DNA of 49,529 nucleotides, from positions 1 through 49,529 of the forward strand of contig NW_021834345.1 of NCBI RefSeq assembly GCF_006345805.1. Reading direction: 5' to 3'. The notes under the pieces were generated by a model that made no database searches, was not told where the DNA came from, and worked only from the letters and a program-made list of their open reading frames with translations. This stretch comes from Octopus sinensis. Its lineage: Eukaryota. Of the stretch, positions 1-10,902 are shown in pieces; positions within the stretch are counted from its first letter, which is position 1; each line of letters begins with the position of its first letter. The position numbers were made by a program, and so were the translations under genes.

Positions 1-159
1 ATACGAGTAAGAGTTTGTGTGTAGATATTGATATGTTATAACATCTGTATAAATATATGTATACATGTCTAATATATATATATGTATACATCTTCACATA
101 TCTAATATATATATATATATGTATACATCTTCACATATTTTTTCTTATATTACTAAGCA

Positions 160-1545
160 CTGAGGTGCGGCGTAAAAACCACGTCTGCTCAGGAAGTCAA
201 GAGAAAACGAACGAAGTCCCTCCTCAACAAAAATCTAAAGACACAACAGAAAAAGAAAACAACCAAAAAACAAACAGAAGTGCCCAAGGAAAGCGAATCA
301 ACAAGACAAGAAACTCCAAACACAGAAGAAACAGGATTTACATTAGTGAAGTCATAAAAAAGAAAAAGGCCCCAGTCCCAGACTCCCCTCCCCATACAAA
401 AACATCTAAAGCAACCACAGAGACACAAGAAAAAACTCCCCACACTACCCCCAGTTAAAACCCTTCTCCAAACCCCACACCAGAGTACAAAACAAAATAG
501 TATCATTCAAAGAAAGTAATGGAGCTTTGTCACGAATTATACGTACACACCATAAAGCGCAAGTGCACAAAGCAAACCTAGACTTGCCACCTCAAATTCA
601 GATGGTCAGAATGGAGGTGAATTTATTCAATGAACTAACACAAACACAAAGATATAAAAAAAACATAAGGACATAAGCGCAGAGATGGCCGGCAGGAGCT
701 TCATCGTGAGTCCAGCGGCTTACACCAAAGAAGAAGGAGGATGGGGGGGAAACTGAATTCGTTCAGCCATTCCCCCAAATCAAAATGTAAGTAAGAATTT
801 CTATGGAATTTAAGTTAGGGTGCATAAATGTGCGTGGCCTAGGGTCGAAATGGAAGCAAACTTGTCTCCAGGACGACCTTAGGTCACTAGAAATTGATAT
901 ATGTGTTGTAACTGAGTCCAAGCTGAGTGCGCCACAAGCATTCATGCCACTTCTTTAATGGCTATGAGAAATTTATTTCTCCTAGATGGCGTGTGGGGTG
1001 GCGTGGTAGTTCTATTCAGGAAAAACAAGGACGTACAGGTAAGTGCAGTCATTCTAGACCAAGAAGGTAGGTTGGTCATTGTAAATGTGACACACGTGAG
1101 TAAGCAGTCCTTCAGGTTGGTAGCTGTCTATGCTCCAAATAAGTGTAAGCAGGCTGGTTTTTACCGGGACCTGGAGAGTTTCTTAATGACATCAAAAACT
1201 CTAGTTATACTAGGAGATTTTAACACTATTCTCGACGCACAGGTGGATAGTGCTGGCTCGGCTGATAGAAGAGGAAATCCTGACCTCAAAAGACTAATAG
1301 GGAGCTATAATCTAGTAGACCGGTATAGACTGGATGAGCCGTTCGTTCCACAATGGATGTGGTCTAATAACAACAGTTCATACAGATCTTATTTAGATAG
1401 GATTATTGTTAGAGAGACAGAGAGGGATACTGTTAGTTGTCCATGCTTTCGTTGTGTTCCTACAAGGACCACAAATTTGTGACGTGTAAGGTGTACCTAA
1501 TTAAGTGTCATAGATAGGGACCTGGGTACTGGAAGATGAATAATT
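160..1545 (+). mobile_element. Tx1/L1-clade LINE remnant: probable ORF1 tail plus ORF2 APE endonuclease domain, frameshifted and 3'-truncated
   Basis: From ATG 803: MEFKLGCINVRGLGS...IDICVVTESKL (APE N-terminal NVRGL and catalytic E). Then VILGDFNTILD, SYLDRII (ORF 958-1482) and GPGYWKMNN at ~1518-1545, the L1/Tx1 GxWKLN motif. Stops and frameshifts present. Confidence 0.85.
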
Positions 1546-2110
1546 GCTGAGTTTAACAATCAATCAATTTAGTTTAATTCATTAACTTGTCAATTAGTCA
1601 ATCAATTAAGTTCAGATTTATCTATGGTTATGGTGATGAACTATAGATACTATTATGGGAGAGGAGGAGTAAAGAATTAATTAATTTCAATTATATCTAG
1701 AGAATACATGTTTACCTCTGTGCAAGCAAGAATTGTTTCGTTCCTCTCTCATGTGGATGAAAGGGAGTTTAGCCATTAAGATGAAAAATTTTTTCATTAA
1801 TACATAAGTAACATTTTTTAATTTTTTACATTATAACAAAGTGCTGAAGTAAGTATATCCCATTTCAAATCAAAGCTCTTTTTATCCCAAATGAATTTAC
1901 TCAACTGAGTTGACTTATTTTATTTCTATTTCTAAAAGTGTGAAAGTGTGTGGCTAGTTGGCGCTTCATTTCATTTTGGGTGGCCCGATTTTTTCTGTTT
2001 TTTAATTGAAATTTTACAAACAATTTTCTTTTCAGAATCTTAATCTCCGTATTTTTCTATGTATTTCGCCAAAAAGAATTTCTGAAAAAAGTGAAAAGGA
2101 AAGAAATTTT

Positions 2111-2265
2111 GGCGGAGGTAAAGAATACGTACACCACCCGTTTTCGGTGTAACAAAAAACCTTAACCCTAAACCCTAACCGTAATCCTAGCCTTAAACCC
2201 TAACACTAACCCCTAATCCTAACCCTAAACCTAAACACCGGGTATGCGTATTCTTTACTTTCGCC
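2111..2265. mobile_element. MITE-like element: ~27-bp imperfect TIRs enclosing a degenerate (CCCTAA)n telomere-like array
   Basis: Left ggcggaggtaaagaatacgtacaccacccg versus reverse complement of right end ggcgaaagtaaagaatacgcatacccg. About 13 CCCTAA-like units at 2160-2236. No clean TSD seen. Confidence 0.6.
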
Positions 2266-2603
2266 ATTTAGAAGCAAGCGGAAGTATACAAAAATAAACA
2301 TTATTTTCCATATTTTGTTTCATTTTGCAAAATAAATATTTATTTTATGTTTTATGGTTTATTATTGTTTATATTTTGAATAACATAGATATGGGGGCAC
2401 CAAAATCTTTGAAGTGCTTAGAATCTCTATGGATCTTAATCCGGCCCTGATTAAAGGGGTAACAAAACAAACATGCCAGTAAAATCAATGATACAAAGTT
2501 TATGACAGATGGATACGCGGCAACATGCCTCCGTAAGAAATCCATTTTGTAAAAAGCTGAAAAGACTGAAAGCCAAATAAAAAGAACTTTTCTTTGCACT
2601 TAC

Positions 2604-2794
2604 TGTTTAAATGTTGCCGTTCCAACGAATGTCAAATCTTCTTTTATGAGCTTCCAAGAGTCTTGAATAAGTTGAATTTGTCGTGTGGTTAAATATTTGT
2701 TCAGTTGCCTGCTGTTCTGTCGGCGGTGATAAATGACAGAATTGATAGATATTCTATGTGTTCTTACTTCGGATTTTGTTTGCTGATTCCCCAT
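2604..2794 (-). CDS. First coding exon of a Globin X-like (membrane-targeted) globin; remaining exons outside the window
   Basis: ATG 2794 in strong context (gagaagATGG). MGNQQTKS...KYLTTRQIQLIQDSWKLIKEDLTFVGTATFK(Q/H) matches globin A/B helices (LT..Q..LI..SW..I..D...VG...F). The exon ends TTT AAA CA|gtaagt, a phase-2 donor at the conserved globin B12.2 position. The track ORF's upstream GTG start is not the likely start. Confidence 0.85.
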
Positions 2795-4848
2795 CTTCTC
2801 AACTGCAGCTAGAACACCATCTCGTAAGACCTCCTGATAAACGTCTCTTACTCTGCCTCTTTGTTTACTGTTTTTACCCGTCGTCCCTATCTTTCTATTA
2901 ATCACTTCTCGTTTATTTTTCGCTCTATCTCTTTCTGTTTACGTAATGTAGCTAGAAAAATAACTCCACTACTTTTTAAAACTCGATAGCGTTTAAAAAA
3001 ATATAAATAAAGAATAAAATATCGTTTTATTTTTATCAATTAAAACAGAGCAACCTTGGTGAAAATAATTCCTGCATAGTGTATGTCTACAACCAGACAT
3101 AAATCGTGTGCGTAATGCCTTTTAGATGGTTATCTGCTTCTAAGAGAAAATAGTGAAAGTGACTGCAGTGGTGGAAATCATGATGAACGGTAGGAGAGTG
3201 GTGTGGACAGTAATTGAAGACGGAATAAACGAGGGTGAGTGAACAGTGGAGGCGCCGGTATTTTGTACCCAGCGTGGGAAAAGTTCGGTCAGAAAACTAC
3301 GAGGGTGGGTAAAGTAATATATCAAATTCTCAGTTTCAATAAATAAAATGAGACATGAAGGATTGCAAAATCTATTGCAGTAACGCAACAGTAATTCGTT
3401 TGTTTCAGTGTTTTGCTACGAATGACGAACCTTTGAAAATCCGAGTTTTCAGCACGTTCTCTATTCATGGCAAGAGAATCTAAATTGTCTAATTAATTGT
3501 TCATCAGTGAATTCCATATATAGTCTGCATCATTCACAACTTAAAAAGCTAAGTTACAACCCGTATAGCTTACAAGTAGTTTAGCAGCGATTTGAAAGAG
3601 GTTTGAAGCATTAAAGAATGAGACCCCTGTAAAGATACAAAATATCGAGTAACTTAAGTGAGTTCAAATGCATGACCTTCGCTCAAATAGATGTTTCTCT
3701 TAGTAATAATCAGTCTTCAGATCATCTAATTTCTGTCAATATGTCTCTGCTATGAATTTGAAACCACCAACATTGAGAACTAGTCAGTTTCCACATTAAT
3801 ATAGGAAAGACATTATTATATTACAAATTTTTAACCAAAATGTGGTGTTGAAGCTCTTAGCAAATTTGATAAAAAACAAGAAAGTCTTATTGAGAAAAAT
3901 TAACAAAAGAATCTTATTCACTGGATTCCAACAACCTCAATGATAACCAAAACCTCCAAATGTAGCAATTTTCCCCATAATTCTGGCTTTCCCAAAGTGA
4001 TCTTGTGGCTTGTTGCTTAATGGCATGTCACAAATCTTCATCATCCCGTTAGTTTCATTCAAAATCCTCAGTGCAAAGTGGATATCAATTAATTTGTTGT
4101 ATTCATAGGGAGGGAAGTCAGTAGCATCTTTACCAGAGGCTTGTTCAAGAGGGAAAATTTTGAATACAAAAGTTAGCAGACAAAAGTGATAGAAGTAACC
4201 TGCTCACGTTTTATTTTCCCAATAAGTTGTTATCCTTACTGAAATACGATAGAATATTCAAAATAAATGGAAGTGTACAATGCACAGTGTAAAAGCATAC
4301 GATCTTAAAGACAGTGTATTTAGAATTTAAATTAGTTTTTATATATGGCAATTTTCTTTGTAAAATTGTAGAACACCTAATTTTAGAGATTTTTGTTGGT
4401 TATTTCTAACTTGAAACAACTAATATGCACGTCTTCCATCCATATTTGTATTTATGAGACACTGCATCAGCCTAATATGAGTTTCCTCCTCCCCATTAAT
4501 TTTCTTTGCCGCTTGTCTCTGTGTAAGTTGGATTTATTAATGTAAATATCTATATATTGAGTCATCCCATAAATAATGCTGTTATTATAAACTACTTGCA
4601 TCAATTTGCTATAAGAGTAGGTTGTAATTTTACCTTGTGCTAATTCTTAGGGCAAATTTTGAAGAATTAGGTTTGTATTGTAGTGTGGCTTAAATATCGT
4701 TGTACTGTTCGCTGAACACTTTGGTTTTTGCTGCCTTGTGGCAGTCTGGTTGTACTTTTCCTCCTCATAGAAGAGGGTAGGCCAGATAGAAAAATGGAAA
4801 ACGTCAGATGTTCAGATAGCAGCTACGCGGAGGTGTCCGATTCTGAGC

Positions 4849-5046
4849 AGTCGGACAGATATTTTTCACGAGGCATTCCCTATATTGATTAATTATGAAT
4901 TTTCTGGTTAATTCCGTAATGGAATCGGCGGCTTATATTTATTTGCTGCCGATAAATTTGGCGCGAGTGCGATGATTTGAAAATTTTAGGTCAGATATTG
5001 CCGAGGCAGGGACGGGAATGCCTCGTGAAAAATATCTGTTCCGACT
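4849..5046. repeat. Inverted repeat (~32-bp arms, ~133-bp spacer), possible small MITE
   Basis: agtcggacagatatttttcacgaggcattccc (4849-4880) is the reverse complement of gggaatgcctcgtgaaaaatatctgttccgact (5014-5046), with one indel. Confidence 0.7.
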
Positions 5047-5378
5047 TGGCTATTTCTTACTGATGAATCTAAGGGCCTATGGTAGATTGGCTTGATTTAA
5101 TTTAATCAGGTTAGTTTACCATTAAACAGTAGATGAAACGGTGCATCGTATAAGAAATTACAGGGTAAATGTTTTTTAATTTTCTCCTGGTTTACGGAAT
5201 TGATGTTATTTTGCGGTTGAAGTTTTTGGCTGTTATTTCTAGTGGGTGAATGGCCTATTATGGCCGTTCCTTGATTGTGATGTTGAACTTAAAAATGGTC
5301 TATGACTATTTAATTTTTTCCCACTAGGCCGCTGGTGGCAAAAAAATTCTACAAAATTTTTTGCCACCCTATATTGAT

Positions 5379-5418
<40 letters not shown>

Positions 5419-5429
5419 CATATAGATAG

Positions 5430-5620
5430 GCTATGATAGATCGGTAGCCACTACACACATTTTTTTCTCTCCTTGTTTCTCTCCTTATTTCTCTTTGTGT
5501 TCCTTTCTGTGGAAGAGCGTAGGCTGGAAACGTTAAAGACTTTTTCAATTTCCGAGCGTTATACTAATACATCAGTTTGTTTTCTACACCACCTGTCTTC
5601 GTCTTTTGTTTTTTTCGTGA
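5430..5620 (+). mobile_element. Short interspersed repeat with HHR-like motif (probable PLE pseudo-LTR derivative), copy 1
   Basis: Same sequence as 18975-19160 (+) and 34270-34435 (-). Motif cctttCTGTGGAA gagc gtag gctg GAAA cgt TA aagac at 5503-5540. Confidence 0.6.
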
Positions 5621-5654
5621 ATTCGCCCTATATATATACATATGTGTGTGTGTG

Positions 5655-5965
5655 TACTATAGCCCCAGGTAGACCAAAGCCTTGTGAATGGATTTCATAC
5701 ACTGAAACTGATAGACTGTCGTATATATGTGTATATTTGTGTGTATGTGTGTGTGTGTGCACGCTTGTGTATGTATCTGTGTTCATATCCCCGCTATCGC
5801 TTGACAACAGGTGTTGTTTTTTTTTATATCCCCTAACATAGAGGTTCGGCAAAAGACACCGATAGATTATGTACAAGGCTTACAAAGAATAAATTCTTGG
5901 GTCGATTTGTTTCACTAACGGCAGTGATACAGCATGGTTGCAGTCACATCACTGAAACAAGTCAA
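5655..5965 (+). mobile_element. 5'-truncated tRNA-derived SINE (family A)
   Basis: Matches central and 3' parts of the 12143-12542 SINE (ctatagcc...ccaaagccttgtga..., gactgaaacaag tail). Confidence 0.85.
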
Positions 5966-6240
5966 ACGGCTCAAACAAATCAAATAAATTTTTATATGGT
6001 AATACTATCAGATCCCTTGGGTGTCAACATGTAGTTATTTTGGATTAAAAGAATGCAACATTGTCACTGGTTCCATATTACATCTCAAAACTCGAAGAAA
6101 GTGAAACCTTCGACGAAGTCATACTTTCACTTTTATATTGTTTCACTTTTAATAGGAAGAATAAATGTGAAACCTTCGACAGAGTAAGTTATAAATTGTT
6201 TCACTTTCATATTTTTTTACTTTTAATACTTTCACTGTAT
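5962..6240 (+). repeat. Interspersed repeat, second copy at ~10575-10830 (possibly non-autonomous Helitron-derived)
   Basis: Shared caaatcaaataaa...gtgtcaac...aatgcaacat...actggttccatat.ac.tctcaaa...gaagaa...tgaaacctt blocks in both locations. Confidence 0.55.
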
Positions 6241-6253
6241 ATATATATGTATG

Positions 6254-6348
<95 letters not shown>

Positions 6349-6419
6349 ATATATATATATATATATATTATGTGTATATATGTATATATATGTACACATA
6401 TACGAACCTAATTTTTGAT

Positions 6420-7870
6420 TCACTGGTGATATTTTTCCCGTGCTCAAGCTTGTCATTCTACTTGGTTGGTTTCCCTGTGGAGTCGGTCAGAAGTCGTTCC
6501 AGTTGGCTGATTCTCTTAAAGGGTCATTTCGTTGTAGTTGCTGAAGTTCGGTTAGGTGACGACAGCAACTGGTGTTTGTAAAATTTCATTGGACTAGAGG
6601 TAAGTGACGTCAGCAATTGATGTTTGTATGTTGATTTGGAGTTGCGGTTTTAGAGCCCGAGAAGGCTTTTAAAAAAAAAAGAAGAATAGAATTTTTGTCC
6701 TTCCTGGTTGTTTCTTTTTGTGTTGAAATTAAGTCTTTTTTCTTTTCTATTTTCTTTTCTTTTTACTGCTTTTTTCTTCTTTCTAAATGATATTCAGCTG
6801 TGGTTTATATCTTTAAATTAGTATGTTTTCCTTAATTAAATGGAATTGGGTTGAAGTGTTTCCAGTGCATTGATAGAGAGGGAAGATTTGGTATTTAGGG
6901 TTTATGTCTACGGGGCATTGGTCTAGGTGCTTGCTTATGGGAATTTTCCTAGTGGTGGTGTCCCGGATTTGTTGCCTGTGCACCCATAAATCTATCCTTT
7001 AAAGTTAAGCTAGTTTGACCAATGTAAGTCACCACCACAACCTCCACATTTGAGAACATAGATTAAGTTCTTCGAAGCATAGGTGAAGTCATATTTTATG
7101 GTAAAAGTTTGACCTGATTTAAATTTGTATGTTGAGCCCTCTAAGCGGAAGATGCAAGTTTCGCAGTTACGGCGGTTGCACTTTTTGACTTTTGGGGTTG
7201 TATTTTTGGTGGGTAATTTGGCGCTGGTGAGTAATTTTTTCAGCGATTGCGATTGTCTCTTGCTTTTAATAATCCTAAGTGTTTTCAGTGCCTTTTTCAT
7301 TCGCGAGTCCTTCATAAGGAGGGGTATGTTTTAGTGGATGATGTATGTTTCCATGTTTCTTGGATTGTGTGCTGATACATAAGATAGAGTTTTAAGTGTG
7401 TCATGGTGTTTTCTTGTTTTCTGTAACTCTAGGATGTCTATTATTTTTGCACGTTCTTTTCCATTTTTGATTAGACTGGTGGGGTATTTTCTATCTAGTA
7501 ATGGGTTTTCAAGTTCTTGGAGTCGCTTTTCTCGGGTTTCAGGATTTGATGCAATCATACAAATTCTTCTCGCTAAGGTATATTTATTTTAGTATTTTCG
7601 GGTGGCAAGAGGACAATAGAAGATATTGTTTTGAGTCTGTTAGTTTGAAGATGTCGGTTTCAATTTCAGTATCTCTCTTTATTATTAAGATGTCCAAGAA
7701 GAGTAGTTGTTTGTGGCTGTATCACATTGTAAACCGGATACTTTGGTTAATGCTGTTGATTAAGTCTTTAAATTTTGAGAGTTGTTCAAGTTTATGTGGC
7801 CACAGGATGAAACAGTCATTCAGGTAGCGTTTCCAGTTGGTGAGTAAGTATTTGTAGTGATATTATAACG
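6420..7870 (-). mobile_element. Penelope-like element, 5'-truncated and decayed (RT C-terminus, GIY-YIG endonuclease, probable 3' pLTR)
   Basis: Minus strand YLNDCFILW, FTM, LLFLDILI, SCHPK, CNRRNCETC and NLIYVLKCGGCGG..IGQT, homologous to the 13-14.8 kb element. Multiple frameshifts. The extent of the 3' pLTR is approximate. Confidence 0.85.
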
Positions 7871-8168
7871 GTGCGCGCTCGCGCACCGTCCATTTGTATT
7901 TCGCGCGTGTTGGTGCCTTTACCAAGGCACAGAAAGGAAGGGCCCTCTCGCGCATGCGCGAACCACCGGAAGCACGACCCTGGCCAAGGCAGGGGGATCG
8001 TAGAACGTTTGACCACTAGCAGCAGCAAGCGGCGACTTGGGACCCAGCGATTGAAGGCGGCGGTCACGCATATATTCTCTCCGGTTGATAGCAGCAGTCG
8101 GCCGAATGCCTTTAACCAAATTGTTGCCGACCACATTCAACTTCCCTGTTCGACGCCATCTTGACCCC
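7870..8168 (-). promoter_or_regulatory. CpG-rich segment resembling an L1-type LINE 5' UTR / internal Pol II promoter
   Basis: Begins ggggtcAAGATGGCgtcgaacagg on the minus strand (YY1 core at 8155-8162). Contains cgcgcatgcgcg (NRF1-like). GC/CpG content far above the window background. Confidence 0.4.
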
Positions 8169-8850
8169 TTTCTGGTTTAGCGGCTGGACATTGTAAATAT
8201 TACAATCTATTAACTTTCAGCCTTGCGCGCCCAGAATCAAGGACATCAGATAACACACTTATTGTTATTGTTACCAAGAAAGAGAATAAAGTAGTTATAT
8301 ATATTTCACGTCTGCGTCTTGTTGTTTCTGACTTGTAGAGAATCTGGATTGTTAAAGCAACGGCTAGTGAGTGATTGCTTTCTTGTACCCCGAAAGTACA
8401 AGATCAGATATTCACTCACATCAAGTTCGTTTCATATTTTTGGAAGTTGTCTCCAAATTTCAATCTAGCGTGTTCGTATATTTGGACTTTCAAGTATTCC
8501 ATGACAAGGCTGGCAGAAGTAGGCACTACCCTCGTTCCAATCGCCGTGCCCGATTTTTGTCTATAAGTGCTTTCGTTAAAAAAACGTCACCAATATTTTA
8601 ACAAATCAAAAATCAGATTCGCTCGCGGAAAAAATTATAAATACATCTGATCCCAAAACATACCACTACAAGCGAAAGTGTCAACTTTAAACTTTTACCT
8701 TTGATAAACAAAGATGCTTTTCTAATTCATAACTTCAAACTTTTACCATTGATAAACAAAAAATATTGTTGAAACTAGTTTGGTATATCTGTAAATAAAT
8801 GTATTTTAAACATGTACGAGATTTTAGGTGCTTTTTCAACAAGACATTTT

Positions 8851-8893
<43 letters not shown>

Positions 8894-9173
8894 CATAGCC
8901 TCAGACCAACCAAAGCCTTGTGAGTGGATATCTTACACGGAAACTGATATATTTGGTAGTGTGTGTGTGTCTCTGTGTTTGTGCCCCCTTCCATCACTTG
9001 ACAACTGTTGTTGCTGTGTTTATGTCCCCATAACTTAACGATACCAATAGAATAATTACTTGGCTCAACGAATAAATCCTAGGTGCTCTAGAATGACTGA
9101 AACAAGTAAAACAAGTAAAACAATAAAAAAACAATGCCATTTTAATCCAGAAAACACCGGTTATCTCTGCTAG
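8851..9173 (+). mobile_element. Chimeric non-autonomous element: (TA)n + headless SINE-A body + Helitron-type 3' end, copy 1
   Basis: SINE sequence starts at atagcctcagaccaaccaaagcctt and runs past the SINE tail into gccattttaatccag...ggttatctctgCTAG|T. The same junctions occur in the copy at 10903-11282. Confidence 0.6.
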
Positions 9174-9204
9174 TTTATATATATATGTATATACATATAT
9201 ATAT

Positions 9205-9245
<41 letters not shown>

Positions 9246-9246
<1 letters not shown>

Positions 9247-10533
9247 GAGGGGCGTTCAATAAGTAATGCCCCTGACCCGCTTCCCATAGCAGTAGAGCAA
9301 CGAAACTTGGCACAGTTATTAGACTTTTTCTACATAGGAACCACCCAGAGTTACGCATTTCTCCCATTGTTTGATGCAGCTCTGGAGACCGTTTTTGTAG
9401 AAGACCCCAGCTTGGTCCTCCAACCTGAACGTGACTTCAGAAATCAAGGCTGCATCATCTGGGAAACGCTTTCCTCTCAAAAACAACTTCATGGCTGGGA
9501 AGAGGTGAAAATCAGAGGGTGCAAGGTCAGGAAAGTAGGGGGATGGAGGAGGAGTTCATAGCCATACTCCTGTGCTTCTGATCTGGCGACAAGCGAGTTG
9601 TGGACCGGAGCGTTGTCCTGCAGGGGGAGGATGCCTTTGCTGATCTTGCCCCGCCTCTTGATTTTGATAACTTCTCTTAATTTCCTCAAAAGTGAAGCAT
9701 AATAAGCTCCTGCAATTGTGGTACCCTTTGCCAGGAAATCTGTCATCACTACTCCGTCCTGGTCCCAGAAGACTGTGAGCATGACCTTGCCAGCGGAGGG
9801 CTGCACCCTTGCCTTCTTTGGATGGGGTGAGTCACGGTGCTTCCTCTGCATTGACTGGGCTTTGGTCTCTGGATCATCGTGATGAACCCAAGTTTCATCC
9901 TTGTGTAATCAGTCTTTTGAAAAATTTTGACTCATCTTCTTGGCACATCTCCAAATTCACCCTCGAGCACTCGACGCATTCTTGCTTCTGGAAAGGCGTG
10001 AGCAACCTGGGAATCCATCTGGCAGACACCTTTTGCATATGCAAATGGTCATGAATGATAGTTTTCACAGACCCGGTACTAATCTTGACCTCATGGGCTA
10101 TATGGCGAATAATTATGCGTCGATCTTCCAAAATGGCAGCCTCAACTTGACGGACAGATGCCTCATCAATGGCAGAAGGGGCGACCAGATCTGGGAGCTG
10201 TTTCCACAGAGTTCCGACCATGTTTGAATTCATGATGCCAGCGTTTTACAAGGTCATATGATGGGGCATTATCACCATAAGTTACTTTCATTTCATCAAA
10301 AGTCTCCCGTGGTGTGCGTCCTTTCAAATACAAAAATCGGATCACTGCTCGACACTCAACAGGCTCCATTTCACACTTGACTCGGTTCAAACACCTGTAA
10401 ATCAAAAACCACAATTAATTCAGAGCTGTTTGCCACTTACTCTATAGAGATATAAATGATTGCACATGCAAAATTTCAGCTAGATCAAACAACTGCAAGT
10501 GGGTCAGAGACATTACTTATTGAACGTCCCTCG
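9246..10533 (-). mobile_element. Full-length mariner transposon (irritans/Bytmar1-like), 1288 bp
   Basis: 33-bp TIRs cgaggggcgttcaataagtaatgcccctgaccc / gggtcagagacattacttattgaacgtccctcg (3 mismatches). TA on both sides. Transposase inside. Confidence 0.97.
9319..10369 (-). pseudogene. Frameshifted mariner DD34D-type transposase
   Basis: MEPVECRAVIRF...RSGRP, KVSARWIPRLL (WVPREL-like), LITQ/DETW, KVMLTVFWD, QDNAPVH, ending WEKCVTLGGSYVEKV*. Split over several frames. Confidence 0.93.
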
Positions 10534-10902
10534 TATATATAATCCTTTGTATCTCTGTCTGTTCCCAATGCATTCTCAAACAGCCCAACCAAATCAAATA
10601 AAATTTTACGAGGTTATAATATTAGAACCCGTGAGTGTCAACGTAATTTTTTGCATTAAAGCAATGCAACATGGGTACTGGTTCCATATCACCTCTCAAA
10701 TCTTGAAGAATGAAAATGAAACCTTGGACTGAATAACAGTTACAAATAGTTTCACTTTTTTACTGTTTTACTTTTATTTTAGTTTCCTTTTATTCTTTCA
10801 CTTTTAATAGTTTCATTCTCTCTATATATATGCATGTATGTATATAATATATATATATATATAATATATATATATATATATACAAATATGCATATATAAA
10901 TA

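Noticed and set aside
57-458. 133-aa K/T-rich ORF
   Set aside because: It begins in a microsatellite; the rest is low complexity and probably the LINE ORF1 tail, not a host gene.
2160-2236. True telomere or chromosome-fusion site
   Set aside because: The array is short, degenerate, single-orientation and enclosed by TIRs.
2369-2599. ORF directly after the globin donor, and a possible 38-nt mini-intron giving FKH-LFS
   Set aside because: The continuation has no CD1 Phe/E7/F8 His pattern and stops early. The intron would be implausibly short, so exon 2 is more likely outside the window.
2795-2905. 37-aa N-terminal extension in the ORF track for the globin
   Set aside because: It starts at GTG. 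The downstream ATG has strong Kozak context and exposes the G2 myristoylation motif, so the extension is probably 5' UTR.
3937-4167. 76-codon stop-free minus-strand stretch with a possible acceptor near 4140
   Set aside because: No recognisable domain and no convincing donor.
5334-5368. Small hairpin ggtggcaaaaaaatt/aattttttgccacc
   Set aside because: Rho-independent-terminator-like shape is irrelevant in a eukaryote; probably a collapsed transposon end with too little sequence to classify.
7871-8164. Overlapping ORFs in the GC-rich patch as a protein gene
   Set aside because: Open frames are expected in GC-rich DNA; no domain or splice support.
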